64,000 bases of DNA, from positions 10,716-74,715 of the IMG/VR virus record IMGVR_UViG_3300025053_000003; one strand, written 5' to 3'. Numbering within the stretch: position 1 is the first letter of the stretch; every line of letters begins with the position of its first letter. Shown here piece after piece: positions 43,311 to 54,621 of the stretch. The notes beneath the pieces are model-generated. The model made no database searches. It saw only the letters and a list, made by a program, of their open reading frames with translations, and was not told where the DNA came from. The position numbers were made by a program, and so were the translations under genes. The DNA is from a virus (lineage: Duplodnaviria > Caudoviricetes).

Positions 43311-44915
43311 ATGAAAATAGCAAAACTTGTCCGAAAATTAAAAGATAACGACCAGGATATGGAGTTCTACCCGACTTCTGACAAAATTATATCCATTATC
43401 AAAACAAAGTTAAATTCAGAACACGAATCAATCCTTGATTGTGGTGCTGGGAATGGAGCAACGCTATCTAAGCTAACACAAGGGAAGAAATATGCCATTG
43501 AGAAGAGCCAGATTCTCGTAAAAGAAATGCCATCTGATATCTTTATTATAGGGTGTGATTTTTACGAGAACGTCCTGATAGATAAGAAAGTTGATGTCGT
43601 ATTCTGTAATCCTCCTTATTCTGAATATAAGGAATGGGCAATAAAGATTATCAATGAAGCTAATGCAGCTAAGATTTTTCTTGTTATTCCTGATCGCTGG
43701 AAGAATCAACCAGAAATCTTAGCTACGATTAAAGACCGCGAAGCGAAATACAATATTATTGGGAACACCGATTTCCTTGATGCAGAGCGGGCAGCAAGGT
43801 GTAACGTAGACATCATCGAAATTCTATTAACCAGCTCAAGTTATCACAGCAGGAATTCAACTCCCGATGTTGACCCTTTCTTTTTGTGGGTTCAGAAGGA
43901 ATTTCCTATTAATACAAGGAAAGAAGATAAAGCAGAGTATAAGGATTTTTCTAAGAAGATCAATGAACTTGTCCCAGTTAGGGGCTTAATTCTCGCTTTG
44001 GTTGAATTGTACAACGATGACCTTTTTAAACTCCAGTTAAACTTCAAAGCAATCTCCGAATTAGATCAATCTATATTCAATGAACTCCAAATTGATTTTA
44101 AATCAGTCGTAAATTTACTGCAAAGGAGGATTATTGGCTTAAAGGAAAAGTATTGGCGGGAACTATTTAAAAATCTCAATACAATCACCGATAGGCTAAC
44201 AAAGAAAAGCAGAGAAAAATTGCTAAAAACACTAACGGATAATATAAGTGTTGACTTTCAGGAGTCAAATATTTATAGTGTTGTCATCTGGGCGATCAAA
44301 AATGCTAATAGCTATTTCGATTCTCAATTAATTGATGTTTTTATGGATTTGTCCGATAAGGCTAATTTGGTTCTGTATAAATCGAATCAGAGTACATGGG
44401 GAAAAGATAAGTGGCGGTTCAGGGAGGAGATGAGGGAAGGAAAGATAAAGAATTTTGGATTGGATTATAGATGTGTAATTTCTTGTCATAATACTTTTAA
44501 CCCATCCTCTTATGGGCGTTATGAATATGAAAATGGCATTCACAATAGTGTGAATTCAAGGCTGAATGATATTTTGACCATCGCCCACAATTTGTCCTTT
44601 CTCACAACCTCATCAGAAAAGTCAGATCAGAAACAATGGGAGCCGGGAAAAGAGCAAATTTTCTTGATGAATGATGGTGAAATACTAATGTCAGTTAGAG
44701 TATACATGAATGGCAATTTGCATATTAAGTTCAATCAGAAATTTCTGAGAAATCTTAACGTCGAATTCGGGCGATTAAAAGGCTGGCTCAGAAGTAGTTC
44801 CGAAGCTTCAGAAGAATTAAATATCCCGGAGGAAGAAGCTAAGATGTATTTTAAGACTAATTATGTTTTGGAAGGATCAAGTTTGCCAATGTTAGAATAC
44901 AGGGAGGCAATATGA
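43311..44915 (+). CDS. SAM-dependent N6-adenine methyltransferase with DUF4942-like C-terminus
   Basis: QDMEFYPT, ILDCGAGNG, FCNPPYS, YMNGNLHIKF. Confidence 0.8.
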   Translation: MKIAKLVRKLKDNDQDMEFYPTSDKIISIIKTKLNSEHESILDCGAGNGATLSKLTQGKKYAIEKSQILVKEMPSDIFIIGCDFYENVLIDKKVDVVFCNPPYSEYKEWAIKIINEANAAKIFLVIPDRWKNQPEILATIKDREAKYNIIGNTDFLDAERAARCNVDIIEILLTSSSYHSRNSTPDVDPFFLWVQKEFPINTRKEDKAEYKDFSKKINELVPVRGLILALVELYNDDLFKLQLNFKAISELDQSIFNELQIDFKSVVNLLQRRIIGLKEKYWRELFKNLNTITDRLTKKSREKLLKTLTDNISVDFQESNIYSVVIWAIKNANSYFDSQLIDVFMDLSDKANLVLYKSNQSTWGKDKWRFREEMREGKIKNFGLDYRCVISCHNTFNPSSYGRYEYENGIHNSVNSRLNDILTIAHNLSFLTTSSEKSDQKQWEPGKEQIFLMNDGEILMSVRVYMNGNLHIKFNQKFLRNLNVEFGRLKGWLRSSSEASEELNIPEEEAKMYFKTNYVLEGSSLPMLEYREAI

Positions 44916-46767
44916 GAATTATGTTGGGAAATTCGACGGGAAGAGATCTGAAGAAACTTTCATTTATTTAGATCGGGATGAAGCGTTAATGATTATTCAG
45001 AATCTTGCAGAAAAATCAAGATACATTAATTCTGGATCATTTGAGATTAATGATACAAATAGTGGCGAAACTTTTTCTGTATTTGTCCATGAAGAATGTG
45101 ACGGTCTATAAGGAGATAATATGAAAGGGTCATACATGGAAGAGAACGAAATGAAACAGCTCGAAGAATTGTTGAGTCATTCACTTAAGGATACTATGAG
45201 CTGTTGGGTAGCGACTAGAATTAATGGAGCAAGTGCATCTATGGCTTGCGATGGCAATGTTTGTATTCCTCTCATTAAAGCATTCGATACTATCTCAAAT
45301 AAAATTAAGGAGAACTAAAATGACCCAGAAAGACCGAGATTTCAATGATAGTGCTAACGTATTTGGAAGTAGTTTTTTTGATGTAATATTCGGAAGTCCT
45401 AATATGTCATATGCAGATCCACAAGATAAGACAATGAACAACATTATTATTAAATACATTCGCAAGAAGGACAATACACCAATCGCTTGCCTGATTGCGG
45501 TAAAGATCAATGATGAAGTAAAAATCGGGTGGAGTATGTTTCACTCAAAGGAGGAGGTCATTCCCTTCAGCAAAGAGAAAGCTAAGAAACTTGCCCTGAG
45601 TAGAGCGAGAAACTCTGATCTCTATACTGAGCACCTTGAGTATAATCAAAAGTGGAAGGAATACTCCAGCACGATTGTTCCTAATTTTCCTTCTTCCTTG
45701 AAAAGCGAAATGGAAATGTTTATGGAGCGGGCAAGGAGGTATTTTGATGTAGAACACATTCAGAACTATTCCTGTTGTAAAATGCATAATAAGAAGGATT
45801 GTTTGTATGGTGATAATGGTGGAATTCTTATCCCTAATAAATTTTTTACCGGCAAAGGATTGTTTGTTAAAGATAAATCCTCTTTAATTTGGGGTGGAAT
45901 AAATAATGATTAATTACATAACAATAAATAAGCCAATGCAGTATATCGAATCAGTTACTTGTGATATTTGCAAAACAGAATATAAACACACAGACTCATA
46001 TGATATGGAAATTCAAGAATTCCTCCATATTGATTTTATTGGTGGTTATAGTTCAATTTTCGGTGACGGTTCTTTCGTTAGAGGAAATATTTGCCAATAT
46101 TGCCTCCAGAAGAAACTCGGAGAATTTTTGAGAATCGGAGACCCAGAAGATGAATAACATCTATCCAGTTCTGGAAAATCTCGAAGAAGATCGCTATCAT
46201 GAATCAGATATTATTGCTTTTAGTCTAAAGTACTTAAAAAATTATCTCGATACTGGTCATGAATTGGTATCGAGAAATTATACAATTAATCAAATTAAAG
46301 AAATTTTCGAGAATTACGAACCTTACTTTGAAGAAGGAGAACAAAATGAAATCAAGAACAATGTGGTTGACCTTCATAGTAGCATTGTGGTTTGTGATTC
46401 TAATATCACTACTATGGCTCAGTAGAGATGTTAAGGCTTCAGAATTTCAAGCGGCTAAGTTGCTTGACTGTCAAGCTATAATCGTTGATGAATCATTTAT
46501 CCCTAAGGGAACCAAAACTCATGATGTTATTTGCTTTTGGAAGGTCGAAGTAAGCGGCAGAAATGTGATAATGTGGAAAAAAGTGGGGTCAAAAGAATGT
46601 GGTTTTTTATATGAATAAGAATAAAGAATTACTAATTTTCGGGATCATTTTTTATGTTATAATTACAATCGGATTTATCCAAGCAGAAAGAAAAGCCGAT
46701 AAACTTAAAGATCAAGTACAATCTCTTACCAATGAACTCGATAACCTTGACTTTTAATAGTCATAAA

Positions 46768-47952
46768 TCATTGATATGATTCACTTTGTTCGTTAAAGGA
46801 ACTATAAATGCCTCTATTGTGAATATTAATTGCGCCATTTGTATCGGCGTCAATTAACAACCCACAAGACGTACATTGATAAGTTTCACCACGACGGTTC
46901 GACTTATCAATGATGCCACAACCTGAACAGGTCTGGGATGTATATGCTGGATCGACGGATAGAAGAAAGAAACCTTCCTCTTCAGACCGTAAAGCCAGCT
47001 TCGCCAGAACCTGTTTGTAAGACCAATATTGAAGTTTATTATTGAATTTGGTTGAGAACTTTGACTTATGTTTTACGTTTTTGAGATCTTCTACCACGAC
47101 GAGACTGTATGGGTCAAGATTAATTGAATTTACTATTTGATTAGTGAGATTCTTTTTGTATTGTAATAATCGTTTATGGCTTTTTGAACCTCTCCGCTTG
47201 TTGGCTAATTTGATATAAACCTGTTTAAGCTCTTCCCCATAATGAACGCCATTAGAATCTGAAATTAATTTATTGTAACCACAATCAAGGCCAATGGATT
47301 TACCTTGTTGTTTAACTTGACATTTTTCTTTTTCATAAATTAACGTAATATAAAAGTTGCCATTAATTTTATTTAATTGGATTGTATTTTTGCGTGTCCA
47401 ATCTTTGAATTTTAAGCTGTGTTTATGTTGTTTGATAGGGACGTTGATATTGAGGTATTTTCTTTCAAACCCTTCAATTTTATAAGGAGTATATATTCTG
47501 ATAAACGAGTCGAATAAATTACTTTCTTTGATATTAAATAAGTGGGAGCTTAAATTTATTGAAACGGTTTTTATATCAATTTTAATACGTTTTAAGTAGT
47601 TGATACTTAATTCTGAATATTTCTTATTCAAGAATGGTTTATGAATATTCTGCTCTTTACATTTAGCATATAATTTCTGGTATCGTTTAAATGTTTTATT
47701 TTTAGTGTGTTTAAGATTTGACCGAACGATGCCAGAAGCTGTTCTGTAAGCTATCCCTTTCCAGTCAGCGTGGCATATAACATTGTTCGGGAGTAATTTA
47801 CAAGATACATTTGTCTTCAGAGGGAGATCACCCTTAAGAATTAAATCAATATACAAAATTACACAGCTCTTGAAATCCTCATAAATCCTTTCGAGGACAT
47901 CAAGCTTGTGTTTATTTGCGAATTTAAGGGTGTGTTTGGAAACTCTGATCAT
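46768..47952 (-). mobile_element. tnpB: solo TnpB (IS200/IS605/IS607-type RNA-guided nuclease), no tnpA
   Basis: RuvC motifs GLDCG, VVEDL, DADTNGAINI; zinc finger CSGCG...CTSCG. Confidence 0.88.
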
Positions 47953-47991
47953 ATTATTATTGACTTGTGTTGAATTAGTTGTTATAGTACC

Positions 47992-48018
47992 TTATCGGTA
48001 TAAATTCGTAAAACTTTA
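47992..48018 (-). promoter_or_regulatory. sigma-28-like promoter TAAAGTTT-N11-ACCGATAA driving tnpB
   Basis: One mismatch to consensus; about 40 bp upstream of the tnpB ATG. Confidence 0.65.
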
Positions 48019-48032
48019 ATAAATAATGACAA

Positions 48033-48449
48033 TTGATGAATAAAATGTTGGTTATTTTTTTGGTTTGTTTATATACTTTAATTCTGTCTTGTTTTATCAA
48101 AGTAAAGATGGATTATTTAAATGAGGAGATAGAAAATCTTAAAAACCAAAGTAAAATATCAGTATTAACAATGACAGTCACCGCGTTTACTTTATCAAGT
48201 AATGAATGTGGAGGGAATACCAAAAATACTTCTTTAATGACAAAGCCCAAATCAGGTTGGACTGTAGCTGTATCACCTGACAATATGCATATGCTTGGAA
48301 AAAAAGTGTATATTGAAGGTTATGGGATCAGAAAAGTAGAATCATTAACTTCTAAGGTCTGCGAAAATACGATTGATATTTTAGTATCGTCAGTGGAAGA
48401 AGCGAAAGAAATAGGGCGGAAAGAAACTAAAATAGTCCTGCTAAAGTAG
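48033..48449 (+). CDS. 3D-domain (MltA-like) protein with N-terminal membrane anchor
   Basis: TVTAFT, VAVSPD...LGKKVYIEGYG...IDILV; some 3D aspartates degenerate. Confidence 0.65.
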   Translation: MMNKMLVIFLVCLYTLILSCFIKVKMDYLNEEIENLKNQSKISVLTMTVTAFTLSSNECGGNTKNTSLMTKPKSGWTVAVSPDNMHMLGKKVYIEGYGIRKVESLTSKVCENTIDILVSSVEEAKEIGRKETKIVLLK

Positions 48450-49021
48450 GTTTAAGAAGAAAAGAGTTGGGCTAAATACGGTGATCCGATTATTAAGATT
48501 GGGAAGCATATTTTCTATAAGAGTTAAAGGAGAATTTATGGCACAAAATATTATAACGGCAATAGGTTTGTTCATTGGAATTTGGTTCACTTTTGTGAAT
48601 GTTTCTAGGATTTTCCTTAAAGTAAAAGTCCCTTCGATTAACTTCATTATTATGGCGTTAGGGTGGACGGTTTTCATTGCGATGATGTGGGTGTTTTAGA
48701 ATATGGAACGTGGTGAAATAGGAATGAAATTAGAAGCAGGCGAAATAGTCTATACTTCAACAGGGAGAGAAACTACTCCCTTCCCTAAAATTGACTGCGC
48801 CTCAAACAGAAAAGCTATTAACACCTTAAAGAGAATCGACAACTGGCTTATATTGAATGCGATCCAAGAAGCAGAATCAAGGTGTGACAATTTTAACCTT
48901 AGCCAATTTTTAGCAAATACAATTCAGCCGAATCAGGCAGACAAAGATTCGGCTGAATTGTATTTGTTCGGGGATTTTATCCCTCCTGTTGTATTGAAGC
49001 CTATATTGAAAAAGTTAATTT

Positions 49022-49465
49022 AAATGGGGCGATAAATGGCTTAAGCCTTCACCACCCAAATTAAAATCAAGGATTAATGCATTAGAAAAACCGAATAGGT
49101 TTGAACAACATTATTTGTATTGTTTTGATGAATGTAAGCATAGCTGCCCATTATTTAATTTGCGTTCTGACCCATTTAAAAGTGTAATTCAGAATTTTAC
49201 ATCTGGAGAACTTAAAGTTTTTGCTGATGAGGTAAAACATCGTCAATTTTTAGAATACGGTCACAACTTCTGTGAACTAGGCGATTGTGAAGATGATAAA
49301 GAAGGGCCGTACCACGCACATCATGTAATCCCGAAATCAGTAGAATGGATATTTGGGCTTGACCCTGACAATGGGATTGTTGTATGCCAGAAATGCCACG
49401 ACAAGTTGCATAAGGGCGAGTGTAGTACAGGTGCACTAGCTCATAGAAATAAATGCAAGGAATAG
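49022..49465 (+). pseudogene. 5'-truncated HNH endonuclease, third paralog of the 2993/8337 family
   Basis: Open frame from 49022 (...SRINAL...HYLYCFDECKHSC), then AHHVIPK...DNGIVVCQKCH. Confidence 0.6.
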
Positions 49466-49472
49466 GAGATTT

Positions 49473-51017
49473 ATGTCAAGTATTAGAATAAAAAAAAGTG
49501 AAATAGAAAAGTCAATAGAAAAAAACATAATCACTCAGATGATTATAGATGATAGTGTATGTAGTGCTATTGTTGGGATAGCAAAGCCAGAGCATTTTGA
49601 AATATCTCATCTAAAAATTTTGCTGGTATGGATAAAAAACTACCATGAATCTTTTGGCCAAGCCCCGAACGACCAGATTCAGGACGTTTTTAGAGTAAAT
49701 TCAAGGAATATTTCATCTGAAGATGCAGAAATAATCCAAGATTTATTGATTGAATTATCTGACCAATACGTTAGTAAAAAAGAAAATAAAAATTCTCAAT
49801 TTTATATCAACGAGGCACTTGCTTATATCAAGAAACAATCATACCTTCGATTAAGTGAAAGAATTTCAAGTTTTGTGAAATTGGATCAAGTTCAAGAAGC
49901 AGAGCAGGAATTAATTAAGCATAAGAATATCAGTGTTAAAACATCCGGTTGTATTAATCCAGATGACGAAGATTTTGTTATTCAAACAATGTCTAATAGA
50001 AAAACTGATTTTCTTTTCACAATTCCTGGGCCATTAGGGGAATTGGTGCGCCCGGAGCGGGGGAGACTCTTTTCAGTTTTAGCGCCGCCAAAAACGGGCA
50101 AGACATTTTTTTTGAACAACCTCGGATTTTTAGCTCGAATGGAAAGATTAAAAGTTTTTGAATGTAATTGTGAAATGTCGGCAACTAAATTGCATTATCG
50201 AACTCTAAAAAGAATGACAGGATGTTCTGAAGAAGCAGGTAAGTATACTATTCCAATTTCAGACTGTAAGGCAAATCAGATCGGAGTTTGTCAGAAAAGA
50301 GAGCGTGTTAATAAAATTAAAGTAATTAATAATGTTGGCGATATCGTACCATTTTCTGACGCTCCAATTGGTTATACCACTTGTACGGCATGTAAAGACA
50401 CTAAAAACAATAAAGATTTTAAATTGGCTATTTGGTATGAAGAAATAGAAAGACCAGCACTAACTTTAGATAGGGCAGTAAAAGCGACCAAATCATTAAA
50501 TTTAATGTATGGAAGAGATACTTACCGGTTGAAAAGCTACCCGAAATTTTCCGCGACGGTACAGGATATTATCAATGATCTCGACTTCTTAGCTTATTCT
50601 GAGGGGTTCTACCCAGACGTTCTTATAGTAGACTATGCAGATATTCTAAAACCTATTGATTCAAGAAGCGAAAATCGTTTTGCCTTGGATGAAATATGGA
50701 AAAACCTGGGGCGTATCGCTACAGAGAGAAATATCTTTGTAGCTACTGCAAGCCAAACAAATAGAACTGGTTCACAACAAAAGAATATTGATGGGAGTGT
50801 CATAGCCGAGGCATTTTCAAAGGCCGCCCACGTAGATTCCTTCTGTGCTCTCGTTTCGACACCAATAGAAAAAACGAATGGATTGCTTAGAGTATCAAAC
50901 ATTTATAACCGCGATGGAGAGGCTGACCCGCATAAACAAGTTCTCCTCTTCCAAAACCTGGCACTCGGCCAACCGTTCCTCAATTCCGAATGGGTCGGAG
51001 AATATGATTCAGATTAA
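49473..51017 (+). CDS. dnaB: DnaB-like replicative helicase
   Basis: APPKTGKT, LIVDYAD, TASQTNR. Confidence 0.85.
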   Translation: MSSIRIKKSEIEKSIEKNIITQMIIDDSVCSAIVGIAKPEHFEISHLKILLVWIKNYHESFGQAPNDQIQDVFRVNSRNISSEDAEIIQDLLIELSDQYVSKKENKNSQFYINEALAYIKKQSYLRLSERISSFVKLDQVQEAEQELIKHKNISVKTSGCINPDDEDFVIQTMSNRKTDFLFTIPGPLGELVRPERGRLFSVLAPPKTGKTFFLNNLGFLARMERLKVFECNCEMSATKLHYRTLKRMTGCSEEAGKYTIPISDCKANQIGVCQKRERVNKIKVINNVGDIVPFSDAPIGYTTCTACKDTKNNKDFKLAIWYEEIERPALTLDRAVKATKSLNLMYGRDTYRLKSYPKFSATVQDIINDLDFLAYSEGFYPDVLIVDYADILKPIDSRSENRFALDEIWKNLGRIATERNIFVATASQTNRTGSQQKNIDGSVIAEAFSKAAHVDSFCALVSTPIEKTNGLLRVSNIYNRDGEADPHKQVLLFQNLALGQPFLNSEWVGEYDSD

Positions 51018-52840
51018 CCCTTGACCCCAACTAATATATTTGATATATTAACTGAAAGAAGTTGATTAAACAAAACTAAGGAGAGCAAAATGTGGATGAT
51101 TCTTGTAGCAATTATTGTAGCGACTGTTATTTCTGGGTTTTTAATGTTTAAAGGGGATGATGAATTTTCAACGCTCTTTCTGCTTTCCGGCCTTTTGCTT
51201 GCTTGCGGTGCTGGCCTTGCGGCTGTTGTATTCGCCATTCAGGGTTGGGGTTATATCGGTGCTATGCACAAAGCTAATATTATCAATCGTGAGTATAACA
51301 CCAATTATACTCAAGCGGAAGTATTTTACGCCAGTGGCGTAATCGATACCATTAGACAGCTTAACCGCCAGAGAATTGAACTTCAACGGGAACATCATGT
51401 AGAATAAGGAGAAGTAATGTTTGAATGGATAGAAAAGATTATTCAAAATAGAAAAGAAATTAAGAAATTGATTATAGAAGAAAAAGAAAAGCTAAGGGAA
51501 TTAGAATTAGATAACAAAAATAAGCGACTCGAAGATTTAACTATTTCAATGACTTCTAAACCTTGCGCAGTTCGTCAAAATGAATGGAATTGTTATACTC
51601 AGTGTGTTCATTTTAAGAAAGGGTATGTAGGTTGTTCAGAATGGGATGGAAAGAATACCTACTATATAGAAGGGCCAACATGTAAGCTATGGAAGAGCTG
51701 AAATGAAAATCTCAAACGGATTTGAAATCGTAACTACACCATCAGCAGACGGTAAAATTTATCAAGAAACATTCAGCATTGAGAACGACATCAGAAGAGT
51801 TTTAGTTAAACAAGTATCGGACACTAAAGAACAACAATTCCGAGAAGCACTGATTAAACTTGGTTGGACACCACCAGAAAACGAAATCTGGAATGATGTA
51901 AAGAAATACTATATAGAGGATAGATAATGAAAATTACCACATTATATTTATTAAATTTTCTAACTTTTATAGCAATTTGGATATTTGGTTGTTTCCTTGT
52001 AGAAAATGTATTGAAAATTAAATCAACCTCTTGGATTATGTTCTGGGGTTATTGTTTTGGATTCTTTGGAATGAATATTGCTGATTATTGCTTTTAGCTA
52101 CCTGTAGAGATAGCATGAAAAAGTTGAATAGTCATAAATCATATCAATGCCCATTTCACTATGATAGGAAGCCAGAATGAAGAAGATTAAGAAAGAAGAC
52201 CATTTAACTATTTCACTGATTACAATTGCTTGCACCGTAGGTGTCTTTTGTGCATTGAACGGTAATTATACTGCTGCAATTTTGACAATTACGATTTTAA
52301 TCCAAATTCACACTATTATTGAAGATAAAAGTATTATTAAAACGATAGCAACTTCAATAAATTTAATAAATTTAATAAATAGACTCAAAGAGGACAAGTC
52401 CGAATTGAAGAAGGTAGTTAGAGAACATAAAGATAGACTTAACTTAATAAAATCTTAATCTAATAGATTTAACACTAAAGGAACAAAATGCCGATTGGAC
52501 TTTGTTACTCAACCCGTTATAGTAATTTCTGGTGGAAGTGTATGGACTCAAAAAATGAATATGACCGGAAACCACTAAAGGACTGGATGGTCGAGGTGCA
52601 GATGTATTATATAATGGATGTTGGATTAGAATAATAAATAGGTGATTTATGAAAACGGAAGACATAAGAATAGAAACCTACACAAGTTCGTCTCCTAAAA
52701 TCACAATAAGGATGTTTCATATCCCAACTGGCGTCCATGTCGAAGAGACAGGAATAAGTAGCTATGTAATTAAAAATGAATTAATTAAAAAGTTAGAAAT
52801 GAAAATCAAAAAACTTTGGCTGGCATAATCAGGCAATATA

Positions 52841-53272
52841 ATGAACGAAAGTTGGGATGATATCGAAAATTGGGGATTAACTATGGAAGATTTTACTGAT
52901 TTAAATAAGAAAACATCTTTTCGAAGGCAAGAAAGAATTTCATCTTACAACCTTGTTTCGGTTTTGTTTGCGAAAGAAAAGATTGTCTGTGTTGGTATAC
53001 ATAATTTAATTACAGGAAAAGAATGTAATGGAGAAATACAGAATATTTCCCCTACGGGCATAAAGATTTTGATTAAAGATGCTTGTTTTGTTATTTCTGA
53101 TATATTAAGAATTTCTCTTGTTATAGGGACAAGGAAGATTTTTTGCAAAGCAAAAGTTGTGTGGATGGAAGAAGTTGACCATATATCTTCTGTTGGGATA
53201 AAATTTACATCTATTTCAGAACCTGACGCAGATTTTATTAATAGCTTGCATTTAGCAATCCATTTGAAATAA
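52841..53272 (+). CDS. PilZ-domain (c-di-GMP-binding) protein
   Basis: RRQER (RxxxR), NISPTG ((D/N)xSxxG), CKAKVVW, VGIKF. Confidence 0.8.
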   Translation: MNESWDDIENWGLTMEDFTDLNKKTSFRRQERISSYNLVSVLFAKEKIVCVGIHNLITGKECNGEIQNISPTGIKILIKDACFVISDILRISLVIGTRKIFCKAKVVWMEEVDHISSVGIKFTSISEPDADFINSLHLAIHLK

Positions 53273-53275
53273 CCA

Positions 53276-53689
53276 TTGACATGTCTTGAGACATTTAGCA
53301 ACATGAAAAAAATCCAGTCCCAAATCCAAGCCGCAATTTCCATTGCCAGAGATAACCCAAACAAGTTCAGGCTTGCGGCGGTAGGGCTGGATAAGAAGGG
53401 GCGGATTATTTCAACTGGGATTAATCAAAAATTCCAAACGCATCCAGTTCAGAAGAAAATCGCACAGCGGAATGGGAAGCCGCATAGCGAATATCTTCAT
53501 GCGGAGATGAGCTGCATCCTAAGATCGCGGCAGAAAATTCATACACTGATAGTTGTTAGATTGTATGCTGATGGGGAATTAGCGATGGCTAAACCGTGTA
53601 AAATCTGTTCGTGGATGATTGATAAGTACAAAATCCCTAATTTGGTTTATAGCAATCAATATAGTAAAATGACATGGGAGAAACGGTGA
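53276..53689 (+). CDS. CMP/dCMP deaminase-family zinc protein
   Basis: HAE and PCKIC motifs. Confidence 0.82.
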   Translation: MTCLETFSNMKKIQSQIQAAISIARDNPNKFRLAAVGLDKKGRIISTGINQKFQTHPVQKKIAQRNGKPHSEYLHAEMSCILRSRQKIHTLIVVRLYADGELAMAKPCKICSWMIDKYKIPNLVYSNQYSKMTWEKR

Positions 53690-54010
53690 TGGAAGGGATA
53701 AAACATATTGATAAAATCCGTAAATACTGTGATTATGTAGAAGAACATTTGTTGAATGTTAAAAGGTCATGGGGAATTATTAAAGAATCATGCGAAGATA
53801 TGAATTTTATCTGGGACGACCAACATGCAGATACAGCGGCATAACGCCAGAAATAACGGGCGGCGGTAGCCGTCCGAGTTGATTGATTTGTTACCCTGGC
53901 CAGCCTTAAAAAAAGATTAACCAATATTGTTTTTCTGTTTACACCCGGTTGATAAAGTGATATGATTAAATCAATAAAAGGGCAAGAGCCCACAACCGAG
54001 GAGAAACAAA

Positions 54011-54268
54011 ATGAACACAATCACCACCACCCAGGCAATTGAACTCAATGCAAAATTGGCAGTGATCATTAACCGTAGCAACCCCCTTGGGCTGACCGAA
54101 AGTGGTTTACCGCAAGGCGGGGTTGAGCTGACCGCCAGCGTCACCGGAACACTCCGCCGCCTGCAAAGCATGGCCGAAAAGGCCAAGGCGGAAGGCCGGG
54201 CCACGCAACAGGCTCTTGATATGTTGGCAAAGGTCGAGGAAGCTTTTGCCGGGTATGGGGTGGCGTAA
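54011..54268 (+). CDS. cassette 1 gene A, hypothetical
   Basis: GAGGAG RBS; TTTACA-N17-TATGAT promoter at 53938-53966. Confidence 0.7.
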   Translation: MNTITTTQAIELNAKLAVIINRSNPLGLTESGLPQGGVELTASVTGTLRRLQSMAEKAKAEGRATQQALDMLAKVEEAFAGYGVA

Positions 54269-54621
54269 TGATGACCCCAGAAAAAGCAAAGAACATCTAC
54301 TGGGGAGCCTCACCGCTCCCCATTGGGGCCAAGTCGCTTGGTGAGTATGTTGGTGATGACGGCCTGTTTAAGGGCTGCCTGATCGAGTTGGCCAGCGGAA
54401 TACGGGTGGTCGGTAACGCCGGGTCAATAAAAAATATCCCCCAGCGCGGTGGCCCCAATGGGGCGGGTCGGCCAGAATTGCCAGAAGAAAAGAAAAAGGT
54501 GGGCGTGTCTGTTTTGCTGCCGCCGGATCTTTTGACCTGGATGGATAGCCGCCCGGAAAGCAGGGCGACGCTGATTGAGGAAGCCTGCCGGGCTTACTAC
54601 AAGATTCCCCTGGCAAGGTAA
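54268..54621 (+). CDS. cassette 1 gene B with C-terminal ribbon-helix-helix-like domain
   Basis: VGVSVLLPPDLLTWMD...SRATLIEEAC; stop inside the R'' box AGGTAAC. Confidence 0.65.
   Translation: MMTPEKAKNIYWGASPLPIGAKSLGEYVGDDGLFKGCLIELASGIRVVGNAGSIKNIPQRGGPNGAGRPELPEEKKKVGVSVLLPPDLLTWMDSRPESRATLIEEACRAYYKIPLAR

Noticed and set aside
46768-47952. TldR (nuclease-dead TnpB repressor)
   Set aside because: All three RuvC catalytic residues appear intact and no fliC-like partner is adjacent.
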